NCBI GenBank assembly: GCA_964643135.1
Contig: CAZXPC010000001.1
Location: 103,726 to 167,725 of the forward strand
DNA from: an uncultured Candidatus Saccharibacteria bacterium
GTDB taxonomy: Bacteria; Patescibacteriota; Minisyncoccia; UBA6257; Colwellbacteraceae
Length of the DNA: 64,000 nt
Direction of reading: 5' to 3'
Position 1 is the stretch's first letter, and every line of letters begins with the position of its first letter. Below, piece by piece: positions 1 to 8,427 of this stretch. A program made the position numbers and the translations under genes. A model generated the notes under the pieces. That model did no database searches. It was not told where the DNA came from and saw nothing but the letters and a program-made list of their open reading frames with translations.

Positions 1-20
1 AATTATACTATCCTTTAGGG

Positions 21-1430
21 ATGAAACTAAATGACGTAAGGGTCAGAATGGCCCCGTCTCCAACAGGCTATTTGCACATCGGATCGGCCCGCACCACGCT
101 CTTCAACTGGCTTTTTGCCAAGGCTAATAACGGTAAATTCCTATTAAGGATTGAAGACACCGACAAGGAGCGTTCAAAAAAGGAATTCGAGGAAGACATC
201 GTTAACGGAATCAAGTGGTTGGGCTTGGAATTCGATGAGTTTTACCGGCAAAGCGAGCGGACGGCGATCTATAAGGAGCATTTAAAGAAACTTCTGGACG
301 AAGAGAAGGCTTATTATTGTTTCTGCACCAAAGAAGATTTGGAGGCCGAAAAGGCGAGTCTCGCCGCGGCTGGGCTTCCGACCAAATACGGCGGCCGCTG
401 CCGGGCTGTGACCCATGATGCGGCGCTGAAAAGAGTAATCAACGGCGAAACAGCCGTGATCCGGTTCAAAGTTCCCGAAAAGAAGATATCTTTTAAAGAC
501 ATGATCCGCGGCGAAATTGTTTTTGACGCCGGGTTAATCGGCGACCAAATTATCGCCAAAGATTTGGATAATCCTCTTTATAATTTTGTGGTTGTGGTTG
601 ACGATGCGCTGATGTCGATCAGCCACGTGATCCGGGCGGAGGACCATCTCTCCAACACGCCGAAGCAGATGCTTCTTTACGAAGCCTTCGGATGGAAGAT
701 ACCTCAATTTGCTCATTTACCTCTAATTTTGAATACAGACCGGAGCAAAATGTCGAAGCGGTATTTGGATACGGCCCTGCGCGATTACCGCGAAGAGGGA
801 TATCTCAAAGAGGCTCTGCTGAACTTTATGTCGTATCTCGGCTGGCATCCTAAAGAAGACAAGGAGATCATGTCGGTTGATGAAATTGTGAAAGAATTTA
901 CTCTGGAGCGCGTTCAGAAGGCGGGCGCGGTTTTTAATATCCAGAAATTGGAGTGGCTGAATGCTCACTACATCAACCAGATGGATGTAGATAAATTTAT
1001 AGAGATGTCTAAGGATTATCTTCCGCCTGATTGGAAGATGAACAAGGCCATGGCCCTATCGGTAAAAAGCCGGGTCAAGAGATTCGGCGAATTAAAAGAC
1101 TTGGTTGACTTTTATTTCAATCTGCCTGAATATTCGGCGGCCATCCTTAAATGGAAGGATATGGCGGCGAGCCAGGTTATCGCCAGCCTGGAAAAAGCAT
1201 CGGTGATTATTAAGCAAATCGGCGATCCGGTTTTTAATAAGGAAAGCATTGAGAAAATCCTCGTGCAGGAGAGCGCCGATATTAAAAAGGGCGAATTCTT
1301 CTGGCCGCTGCGGGTCGCTCTTTCCGGCAAGGAAAATTCACCGACGCCTTTTGAGATGATCGAAGCTTTGGGCCGTGATGAATCTCTCCGCCGGATTGAT
1401 GCCGCGATCGCAAAAATTCATCAATTATGA
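21..1430 (+). CDS. gltX: Glutamyl-tRNA synthetase (class I aaRS)
   Basis: 469 aa with HIGH-type motif (PSPTGYLHIGSARTT), KMSKR (KMSKS-type) motif and a GluRS-like anticodon-binding C-terminus. Confidence 0.9.
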   Translation: MKLNDVRVRMAPSPTGYLHIGSARTTLFNWLFAKANNGKFLLRIEDTDKERSKKEFEEDIVNGIKWLGLEFDEFYRQSERTAIYKEHLKKLLDEEKAYYCFCTKEDLEAEKASLAAAGLPTKYGGRCRAVTHDAALKRVINGETAVIRFKVPEKKISFKDMIRGEIVFDAGLIGDQIIAKDLDNPLYNFVVVVDDALMSISHVIRAEDHLSNTPKQMLLYEAFGWKIPQFAHLPLILNTDRSKMSKRYLDTALRDYREEGYLKEALLNFMSYLGWHPKEDKEIMSVDEIVKEFTLERVQKAGAVFNIQKLEWLNAHYINQMDVDKFIEMSKDYLPPDWKMNKAMALSVKSRVKRFGELKDLVDFYFNLPEYSAAILKWKDMAASQVIASLEKASVIIKQIGDPVFNKESIEKILVQESADIKKGEFFWPLRVALSGKENSPTPFEMIEALGRDESLRRIDAAIAKIHQL

Positions 1431-2737
1431 AGAAAATTAATTTATTAATTACAATTATTTTTTCGGCTTCGGCAATCGGCCAGTTTCTGTCGCCGGCTTT
1501 TGCTGAAACGACTGCCGGCTCAACACCAGCTCCCCAAACTGCGCCGGCGCCCTCTACTATTGATCCAAATAGTGAGCTCAATAAATCTATTACCGACAAA
1601 GCTAAACAGCTGGAAGAACTAAATAATCAGATAAAGCAAACCCACGATAACCTCAGCCAGTTAAACAGCCAGAAACGGACTCTGAACACCGAGTTGAAAA
1701 AGATCGACTATACGGTTAACCAGGTTGACCTCAGCATAAAAGCGAGCGAAATAAATATCAGCAAGTTAGGGCTGGAGCTTCAAAAGCTGAATCAAAAATC
1801 AGACGAGGTCGAGACAAGCATCGCGGAAAAGAAAGAAGCCATCAAGTCCGCTATCTATATGTTGAGTAAAGAAGATAAAAACAATCTACTTACGACATTC
1901 CTGAGGAGTCAGAGCTTGGTCAAAGGAGCTTTCGAAGCGCAAGCCCTCATAAATATCGAAAATCAACTAGCAACCAATGTTTCGGAGCTGGACGATTTAA
2001 ATCAGGCGCTGAACGATACGATTGACCAAGAAGCCGCGAAAAAACAGCAAGTTGAAAAAGAAAATCAGAATCTAAAAGTTAGAAGGGATTTAGCAGTGGC
2101 CGAGAGAAATGACCGAAGCGATCTGCTGGCTCAAACAAAAAACAAAGAACAAATTTATCAGGATCAGCTTCAGGCCTTGGAGAAACAGCAAGCCGACATT
2201 GCGGCTGAAATTGAAAAATTGGAATCAGTTTTGCGGGGGGAGATCGATGCCTCTAAGATCCCGCCAGCCCGGCCGGGACTTTTGGCTTTTCCGGTTCCGG
2301 GAGGAATAGTCAGCCAAGGCTATGGGCGCACCAGTTTCGCCAAAGTAACTTACGGCAGCCAGTGGCACAACGGCTATGACATCGCCAAATATTTGGGCGC
2401 TGAAATAGTGGCCGCCGACGATGGAACTGTGGTCGCAATGGGCAATCAGGATAAATATTGCCGGGGCGCAGCTTATGGCAAGTTCATTGTCATTAAGCAT
2501 CATAACGGACTCACCACCTTATATGGACATCTTTCAGTGCAAAATGTCTCATTGGGTCAAGAAGTGAGTCGCGGTGAGACAATCGGCTACATGGGCAAAA
2601 CCGGCTGGGCGACCGGACCCCATTTGCACTTTACTATTTTTGATTCGTCTACTTACTCGCTTGGCCCGAGCCGGACCTGCGGGCCGATGCCGGTCGGCGG
2701 AGATATTAACCCGGGCAACTATTTACCAAGCGCATAG
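1427..2737 (+). CDS. Secreted M23 family metallopeptidase with long N-terminal coiled coil (EnvC/LytM-like)
   Basis: Signal peptide followed by about 250 aa of heptad-rich coiled coil. C-terminal LytM/M23 domain (GYDIAKYLGAEIVAADDGTVV ... GPHLHFTIF). ATGA overlap with the gltX stop. Confidence 0.75.
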   Translation: MKKINLLITIIFSASAIGQFLSPAFAETTAGSTPAPQTAPAPSTIDPNSELNKSITDKAKQLEELNNQIKQTHDNLSQLNSQKRTLNTELKKIDYTVNQVDLSIKASEINISKLGLELQKLNQKSDEVETSIAEKKEAIKSAIYMLSKEDKNNLLTTFLRSQSLVKGAFEAQALINIENQLATNVSELDDLNQALNDTIDQEAAKKQQVEKENQNLKVRRDLAVAERNDRSDLLAQTKNKEQIYQDQLQALEKQQADIAAEIEKLESVLRGEIDASKIPPARPGLLAFPVPGGIVSQGYGRTSFAKVTYGSQWHNGYDIAKYLGAEIVAADDGTVVAMGNQDKYCRGAAYGKFIVIKHHNGLTTLYGHLSVQNVSLGQEVSRGETIGYMGKTGWATGPHLHFTIFDSSTYSLGPSRTCGPMPVGGDINPGNYLPSA

Positions 2738-2749
2738 ATTATCTTACCC

Positions 2750-3688
2750 ATGAAAGCAGATCTGGAGATGAAAAAAAAGGAGGGATCATTTCTCCAGTCG
2801 GACGACTGGGCTTTATTTCAAAAGCAGCTGGGCCGGCCTAATTTTCAGATCGAAAGATCTGACTTCAGGGCGCTCCTGATTGAATACCCGCTTAAGTTTT
2901 TCGGCAGCTACCTTTATGCGCCGCGCGTATATTTAAAAGATCTGGACGATTTGGAATTCCTGGTTAAGCAGGCGAAGGAGATCGCGCGCGGAAGAAAATC
3001 AATATTCCTCCGCCTCGAACCCCAGGAGACAATATCTCTGAGCCAATATGGTTTTAAAAAAATCAGCTCTTTGCAGCCCGACATGACGCTCGTCTCCGAT
3101 CTTTCGCAGACCCACGAAAGTATATTGAAAAATATGGATCACGATACCCGTTATGCCGTTAGGACCGCCGAAAAGAGGGGAGTGAAAACTGTCTCATCGC
3201 GAAAAATCGGGAAAGATGCCGCTTTTGCCATCTTTTGGGAAATGTTTTTAGAAACCAACAAACGTCAGAGTCTTGGCCACTACGGAGAAAAGTATTATAA
3301 AGAGCTCCTGGCTTTTGACAGCCGGTCGGGGAGCCGCATGGAGTCCGAAATACTTTTGGCCGAACTCGAAGGAGTCTATATTGCCGGCGCAATTATTCTT
3401 TACTATGAAGATACCGCGACTTACCTCTACGCCGCTTCGGTTTCGGGTTATGGCCGTTTTAACGCGCCTTCATACGTTATCTGGCGGGCCATGTCGGATG
3501 CTAAAGACAGGGGCATGAAATATTTCGATTTCTGGGGGATCAGCGATGAGAATAAAAAATGGGCAAAATTCAGCGCCTTCAAACGCAGTTTTGGCGGAGA
3601 GGAGGTCCATTATCCCGGAACTTTTGATTTGCCGTTAAATCGGTCTCTTTATTATCTCTACCAGACTGCTAAAAAGATAATCCGTTAG
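2750..3688 (+). CDS. FemAB-family peptidyltransferase-like protein (peptidoglycan interpeptide bridge formation, GNAT fold)
   Basis: 312 aa. Resembles FemAB/FemX architecture (YIAGAIILYYEDTATYLYAASVS; FSAFKRSFGG). Co-oriented with the Mur ligase gene, 2-nt gap. Confidence 0.5.
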   Translation: MKADLEMKKKEGSFLQSDDWALFQKQLGRPNFQIERSDFRALLIEYPLKFFGSYLYAPRVYLKDLDDLEFLVKQAKEIARGRKSIFLRLEPQETISLSQYGFKKISSLQPDMTLVSDLSQTHESILKNMDHDTRYAVRTAEKRGVKTVSSRKIGKDAAFAIFWEMFLETNKRQSLGHYGEKYYKELLAFDSRSGSRMESEILLAELEGVYIAGAIILYYEDTATYLYAASVSGYGRFNAPSYVIWRAMSDAKDRGMKYFDFWGISDENKKWAKFSAFKRSFGGEEVHYPGTFDLPLNRSLYYLYQTAKKIIR

Positions 3689-3689
3689 A

Positions 3690-4994
3690 ATGGTCAAAAA
3701 ACTTTTAAGAAAATTAACTCCCAAACGCGCGCTACTCTTCTACCATTATCTGAAAGCGGAGACGGCTTCGATTAAGCATGCCAATCCGTCGAAGGGAATG
3801 ATCGTAATCGGCGTCACGGGTACTAAGGGCAAGTCGTCGACGGCCAATTTTATCTGGGCCGGCCTCTCCGGCGCCGGAGTTAAAACAGGGCTCCAGAGCA
3901 CCGCTAACTTGAAGATTGGGACAGCCGAACTGGAAAATAGATATCATATGACTATGCCCAATCCTTTCGCAATTCAAGCTAATTTGAAGAGAATGGCCGC
4001 CGCCGGATGCAAAATTGCGATTGTTGAGACAACCTCCGAAGGAATCCTCCAATCCCGGCACAAGGGCATAAACTATGATATTTTAGTTTTCACCAACTTA
4101 ACTCCGGAGCACATCACTTCTCACGGCACATTTGAAAATTATAAAGCGACGAAACAAAGATTATTTAAAGAATTAAAAAAACAGCCCCATAAAACTCTGG
4201 CCGGTGTAGAAATCCCTAAAACAATCATTATCAACAGCGACTCGCCGCACGCCGATGACTTTCTTAAATTTCCGGCTGATCATAAGTTTACTTACGGGAT
4301 CAGCTCGAATGCCGATTTTAAAGCCGAAGATATCAGGGAAAATGAGCGAAATTTGAGTTTTGGAGTTTCAGGCAGAAGAGTCGAATTAAAAATTCCGGGA
4401 GTATTCAATGTTCTTAACGCTTTGCCGGTTTTCCCAATTTGTCGAATATTAGGCCTATCGGTTGAAGATGCGATTCGAGGCTTAGAAACCTTGACCGCAA
4501 TTCCCGGCCGAATGGAAACAATAATCGAAAAACCATTCCGGGTCATTGTCGACTACGCTCACGAAAAAGAAAGTATGACCGCGCTCATGGAAACAGCGCA
4601 GAAAATAAAAGGCGGCGGCAAGATCATTGTGCTTTTGGGCGCCGAAGGGGGAGGCCGGGATAAAACTAAGCGCCCGCTAATGGGTTCGATCGTCGGCCAA
4701 CAGGCTGATTATGTTGTCGTTTCAAATGTCGACCCGTATGAAGAGTCGCCGATGAATATTATTAATGATATCGCGGCAGCCGCCAAAGAAGAGGGCAAAA
4801 TTGAAAACCGGGATCTGTTCCTGATAGAGGACAGGCGGGCGGGAATAAAAAAATGTTTAGAATTGGCCGCGCCCGGCGATTTAGTGCTTATAACCGGCAA
4901 GGGCTCCGAACAATCGATGATCATCGGCAATCAAAGAATTGCTTGGGATGATCGAAGAGTAGTTAAAGAACTATTTGGTATAATTGAAAAATAG
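3690..4994 (+). CDS. Mur ligase family protein (MurE/MurT-like, central and C-terminal domains only)
   Basis: P-loop GVTGTKGKSST about 40 aa from the N-terminus, so no N-terminal UDP-binding Mur domain. Mur ligase C-terminal domain (DYAHEKESM ... LLGAEGGGRDKTKRP). Confidence 0.7.
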   Translation: MVKKLLRKLTPKRALLFYHYLKAETASIKHANPSKGMIVIGVTGTKGKSSTANFIWAGLSGAGVKTGLQSTANLKIGTAELENRYHMTMPNPFAIQANLKRMAAAGCKIAIVETTSEGILQSRHKGINYDILVFTNLTPEHITSHGTFENYKATKQRLFKELKKQPHKTLAGVEIPKTIIINSDSPHADDFLKFPADHKFTYGISSNADFKAEDIRENERNLSFGVSGRRVELKIPGVFNVLNALPVFPICRILGLSVEDAIRGLETLTAIPGRMETIIEKPFRVIVDYAHEKESMTALMETAQKIKGGGKIIVLLGAEGGGRDKTKRPLMGSIVGQQADYVVVSNVDPYEESPMNIINDIAAAAKEEGKIENRDLFLIEDRRAGIKKCLELAAPGDLVLITGKGSEQSMIIGNQRIAWDDRRVVKELFGIIEK

Positions 4995-5280
4995 CGTCAT
5001 GGAAATAAAAGAATTACTGCGAGAAGGGAAAGAAATTTGGACGGCCGAGAAGCGACTGACTTTAGCCGAAATTATTGTCAGAATGGGCAAAATTTACGGC
5101 GATATTTGCCGCTGGGAAAGGAATGCGTCCAAAGATTCATTGACCCACACCGACGAAGAGTTAAAGAAGGAATTAGGAAATATAATCTTCTCGACCGTCA
5201 GATGGTGCGATAATTTGGGTTATGATCCCGAGGATTGCATCGACCTCGCCATTGAATCTCAGAAGAAGTTTGTAAAGTAG
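4984..5280 (+). CDS. MazG-like nucleotide pyrophosphohydrolase (small single-domain form)
   Basis: 98 aa. EELKKELGNIIFSTVRWCDNLGYDPEDCIDLAIESQKKF matches the MazG/NTP-PPase helical fold signature (E-x2-E...D). 11-nt overlap with the Mur ligase gene. Confidence 0.6.
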   Translation: MKNSVMEIKELLREGKEIWTAEKRLTLAEIIVRMGKIYGDICRWERNASKDSLTHTDEELKKELGNIIFSTVRWCDNLGYDPEDCIDLAIESQKKFVK

Positions 5281-5303
5281 TTGGTTCGTGGTAAAATCGA
5301 AAT

Positions 5304-5450
5304 ATGAACGGAGAAGACTTCCTACATCAGATTCTAACCGAACTCCAAGCCCTAATTGACCCGGTGGTGGCAGTTATTAAGGGTTTATTCAACATAATGG
5401 CCCAAGTTTTCGTCTTTTTGGCAGACTTATTAAAGGGCATCCATTCATAA
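5304..5450 (+). CDS. Hypothetical 48-aa protein (MNGEDFLHQILTELQALIDPVVAVIKGLFNIMAQVFVFLADLLKGIHS), not in the ORF track
   Basis: Uninterrupted ATG...TAA ORF in an otherwise empty 300-nt gap. Preceded by extended -10 TGgTAAAAT (5289-5297) 6 nt before the ATG, the leaderless arrangement seen elsewhere in this window. Low coding certainty. Confidence 0.3.
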   Translation: MNGEDFLHQILTELQALIDPVVAVIKGLFNIMAQVFVFLADLLKGIHS

Positions 5451-5584
5451 TCATAAGAGGCGAGTAAGCGTATCGGAGTAACCATGCGTCGCATAAGATA
5501 CCTTTTCCGACGCATCCCGGCGACTCGCTAAGATTTGTTGACAAATCAATTCTCCTGTAATTAACTGTACCTGACGGTGGTTCG

Positions 5585-5815
5585 ATGGGATTGCACGAAA
5601 CGGAAGAAAAGCTCTTCATGGCCAGCATTCTGGTCTTGGTCGGAACGATCTGTGTGGCGCTGCTCTTCGGAGCTTTTGCCGTGGCGACTCAGTTCATTGC
5701 CCCTAAGCTCCTTGTAGCCCTGATCTTGGGGCTCGGCTTCAGCTGCTTCGGAGTTCTTCTGGGGGCTCTGTGGACCGTGAAAAAGAAACTTAAGGAGCTT
5801 CACGTCCGCGCCTAA
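5585..5815 (+). CDS. Small membrane protein, two predicted TM helices
   Basis: 76 aa with two hydrophobic stretches (ILVLVGTICVALLFGAFAV; LLVALILGLGFSCFGVLLGAL). No recognisable domain. Confidence 0.35.
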   Translation: MGLHETEEKLFMASILVLVGTICVALLFGAFAVATQFIAPKLLVALILGLGFSCFGVLLGALWTVKKKLKELHVRA

Positions 5816-5889
5816 CCTCGCTTGAGCATGTCCAACAAAGCGGACCTCTGCTCTATTTTTTTACCTAAATATATCTATAATTGGATCAA

Positions 5890-6651
5890 ATGGACAAGAA
5901 CGTCTCAAATTCCGAGGATTTTAAGAGCGCGCACGGCTACATTTTAAATGATGTTTGGTATCCGCGCGTCACGAGCATTGTTTCTATTAAGGCAAAGCCG
6001 GCCTTATATCGTTTCTATGGCGAGCTCAGCAGTTTTGCCGAAGGTGAAGCAATTAAGCAGAAGTCGGCTGATGAGGGCACATTGATTCATGAGGTGATCG
6101 AGAAGATTTTAATCGGCGAATCCCCTACTATTCCAGAATCAATTGCGCCGTCCATTAAAGCCGCCGTTAAATTTATTGACCAAAACGGCATTAAGGTCGA
6201 TAAAGATTATGTTGAAAAGCGAATTATAAACCATAAAGAAAGGTATACGGGCACAGTTGATGCTTTGGCCTTAATCGATGGCAAATTTGGCGTCCTGGAT
6301 ATTAAGACCTCTCAAGAAATTTACCGCGATTACAACTTGCAGACCGCGGCTTATTTTGGCTCGCTAATCGACGAACTGCCGAACCTCCAAACCAGGTGGA
6401 TTCTGCGGATCGACCAAATCCAAAAGTGTATGAAATGCGGTGCTAAGAGGCGCCTTAAGGGCGGCCGCGAAAAGATTAGAAAAGGCCCCAATTCAATCGA
6501 ATATTGTCGCCACGAGTGGAGCGAAATGGAGGGTGTCGTCGAGCTTAAAGAATTCCCGCATTGGAAACACGACTACGAAGCCTTTTTGGGAGCTAAAAAA
6601 CTTTGGGAATGGGAAAATTTGGGTTGGCTTAAAAAAATCGGCTACCTCTAA
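5890..6651 (+). CDS. PD-(D/E)xK nuclease superfamily protein (RecB/Cas4-like core) with C-terminal Cys/His zinc-ribbon-like segment
   Basis: Motif order GTLIHEVIE (I), VDALALID (II), VLDIKTS (III, D-x-K), QTAAYFGSL (QxxxY). C-terminal CMKCG...CRHEW. ATG at 5890; in-frame TTG at 5881 is an alternative start. Confidence 0.65.
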   Translation: MDKNVSNSEDFKSAHGYILNDVWYPRVTSIVSIKAKPALYRFYGELSSFAEGEAIKQKSADEGTLIHEVIEKILIGESPTIPESIAPSIKAAVKFIDQNGIKVDKDYVEKRIINHKERYTGTVDALALIDGKFGVLDIKTSQEIYRDYNLQTAAYFGSLIDELPNLQTRWILRIDQIQKCMKCGAKRRLKGGREKIRKGPNSIEYCRHEWSEMEGVVELKEFPHWKHDYEAFLGAKKLWEWENLGWLKKIGYL

Positions 6652-6911
6652 GCTCCCAACGCCCAAGCCTTGAACTCGCCGTAATCAGTTGAACCGCAAA
6701 GCCACTTACCGGTTTTAGTATTAATAAAGAATGGCACTCCCCCACAGTAATTCTTGTCGTAGTCTTCCATCTTACGGGCATTTTCTTCGCTGTGCCACGT
6801 CTCAAATCGATCCAATTCTAAACCCTCCTCTTTTTTCAGACGCTCAATCAGAGGTTCCATTTCCAAACAATGCGGACATTCTTTGCCATAGAATTCAATC
6901 AAGTAGTTCAT
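6648..6911 (-). CDS. Glutaredoxin-like / thioredoxin-fold protein (CPHC active site, NrdH/YruB-like)
   Basis: 87 aa from MNYLIEFYGKECPHCLEM (CxxC redox motif, thioredoxin-fold spacing). The longer 157-aa track ORF carries an implausible low-complexity N-terminal extension. Confidence 0.6.
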   Translation of the reverse strand: MNYLIEFYGKECPHCLEMEPLIERLKKEEGLELDRFETWHSEENARKMEDYDKNYCGGVPFFINTKTGKWLCGSTDYGEFKAWALGA

Positions 6912-7028
6912 ACTGCTATTATAACATTTGAGCCGACCCAAAACCGACAAGCTCTGAAGCAACATCCCGCAGGAGAGTGGAGCTAGGTGCGCCGTTTTAT
7001 ATCTACGGCGACCACTCTCCGAGGGCGA

Positions 7029-7053
7029 AGAAAAATCTCTCGCTGGAAGAGAT
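7029..7053 (-). terminator. Rho-independent terminator downstream of recQ (minus strand)
   Basis: Minus-strand hairpin ATCTCT-tccagcg-AGAGAT followed by UUUUUCUUC, immediately after the recQ stop codon. Confidence 0.5.
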
Positions 7054-7105
7054 TTATTCTGTTTGCTGAAGGGCTTGGCGGTGAGGGGGGGCTGAATTAT
7101 GAGGC

Positions 7106-8293
7106 CTAAGCCCTGAGACAAACATCACAAGACCTGCAATTTGAAGCGAGGTATTTCTCCCCAAAATAGCCAAGCAGCATTTTGCGGCGGCAATTATTCC
7201 TTGAGGCCAGATTGGTGATCGCATCAAGCTGATTTTGCGCGATTTTAACCTGATCCAAGTCATTTTTAAGCTTAATAAAATATTCATGCTTCATTCTGTC
7301 GCCGTAGCTGAAAAATAGTATGCAGTCGGCCGGCTTGCCGTCCCTTCCGGCCCGGCCCGTTTCCTGATAATACCCTTCCAAATTCCGCGGCAGGTCATAA
7401 TGGATCACAAACCTGACATCCGGCTTGTCGATGCCCATGCCGAACGCTATCGTTGCCACAATGATCTTGGCTTTGCCATTAATGAATTCTTCCTGGTTGT
7501 CTGCGCGCTCCTTGTTCCCGAGGCCGGCGTGGTAAGGCAGTGCCGCAACGCCGTCCATATTTAGGCTCGCCACCATCTGATCAACCGATGCGCGGCTGAC
7601 GCAGTAAATTATTCCGGAATAACCGGGGTTGTTGCGGATATACGAAATCATATTGGCGTAAGCATTAGTTTTACCGTAGACAAGATATCGGAGGTTCTTT
7701 CGGTCAAAGCTCGCAACATATGCGCCGTGGTTATAAAAACCAAGTTCGCGAACTATGTCTTCGCGGACCTTCTCTGTGGCAGTGGCGGTTAAGGCCAGAA
7801 CCGGCACGTCGGGGAAACTTTCGCGAAGGTCGCCGAGGGTTCGATAACTTGGTCTAAAATCGTGCCCCCATTCGGAGATGCAATGCGCTTCGTCGATAGC
7901 GATTAGAGACACGTTAAATGACTTAATATAATTTAGGAAACCGGTCTTGGTTAATCTCTCGGGAGCCACATAAAGCAACTTGATTTCGTTGTTGGCCAGG
8001 CGCCCTTTAATCAGCCGTTCTTCTTTAACGCCCAGCGAGCTGTTTAAATAAGCCGCGCCGATATTGTTCTCGGTTAAACCCATCACTTGATCTTTCATCA
8101 GAGAAATCAAGGGCGAGATAACAATCGTAATACCCGGCAGCATCAAGGCCGGCAATTGATAACAAAGCGATTTTCCCGCTCCGGTCGGCAGAACCGCCAG
8201 CACGTCCTTGCCCGATAAAATATCTGAAATGATCTCCCGCTGGAAAGGCAGGAATTGATCAAAACCAAAATGCTTCTTAAGAGTTTCTTGCAT
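7106..8293 (-). CDS. recQ: ATP-dependent DNA helicase RecQ (helicase core + Zn-binding RQC, no HRDC)
   Basis: FGFDQFLPFQREII, PTGAGKSLCYQLPAL (Walker A), DEAHCISEWGHDFRP (DEAH box), CRSCDVCL zinc motif. Start taken at MQETLKK. Confidence 0.85.
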   Translation of the reverse strand: MQETLKKHFGFDQFLPFQREIISDILSGKDVLAVLPTGAGKSLCYQLPALMLPGITIVISPLISLMKDQVMGLTENNIGAAYLNSSLGVKEERLIKGRLANNEIKLLYVAPERLTKTGFLNYIKSFNVSLIAIDEAHCISEWGHDFRPSYRTLGDLRESFPDVPVLALTATATEKVREDIVRELGFYNHGAYVASFDRKNLRYLVYGKTNAYANMISYIRNNPGYSGIIYCVSRASVDQMVASLNMDGVAALPYHAGLGNKERADNQEEFINGKAKIIVATIAFGMGIDKPDVRFVIHYDLPRNLEGYYQETGRAGRDGKPADCILFFSYGDRMKHEYFIKLKNDLDQVKIAQNQLDAITNLASRNNCRRKMLLGYFGEKYLASNCRSCDVCLRA

Positions 8294-8392
8294 CGGAATC
8301 AGTATAAACAATATTGGGAATAAGGAAAGGAGTATCGGAATCCCGCAGAGAAGCCTAATAACTTCGTTTTTTATCGTTGCTCTTAGGCCTTC

Positions 8393-8427
8393 AATTCTAG
8401 GGATATTTGTGAGATAATGGACAGATG
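8393..8427 (+). promoter_or_regulatory. 35-bp element AATTCTAGGGATATTTGTGAGATAATGGACAG+ATG containing extended -10 (TGaGATAAT, 8410-8418) 6 nt before the ybaB-like start codon; copy 1 of 2
   Basis: Perfect 35/35 identity with the reverse complement of 18167-18201. Confidence 0.6.

Noticed and set aside
5327-5803. Minus-strand ORFs 5327..5515, 5389..5628, 5561..5803
   Set aside because: Overlap each other and the better-supported + strand small ORFs. Translations lack domain features and have no upstream signals.
7085-7091. G7/C7 homopolymer between recQ stop and the glutaredoxin-like gene promoter region
   Set aside because: Seven-nucleotide homopolymer in a non-coding spacer. Could in principle be slippage-prone, but there is no coding or promoter-spacer context to suggest phase variation.
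8381-8392. 11-mer GGCCTTCAATT shared between 8381-8392 and 12327-12337
   Set aside because: Single short match with expected chance occurrence about 0.03 in this window and no extended similarity. Too weak to call a repeat family.
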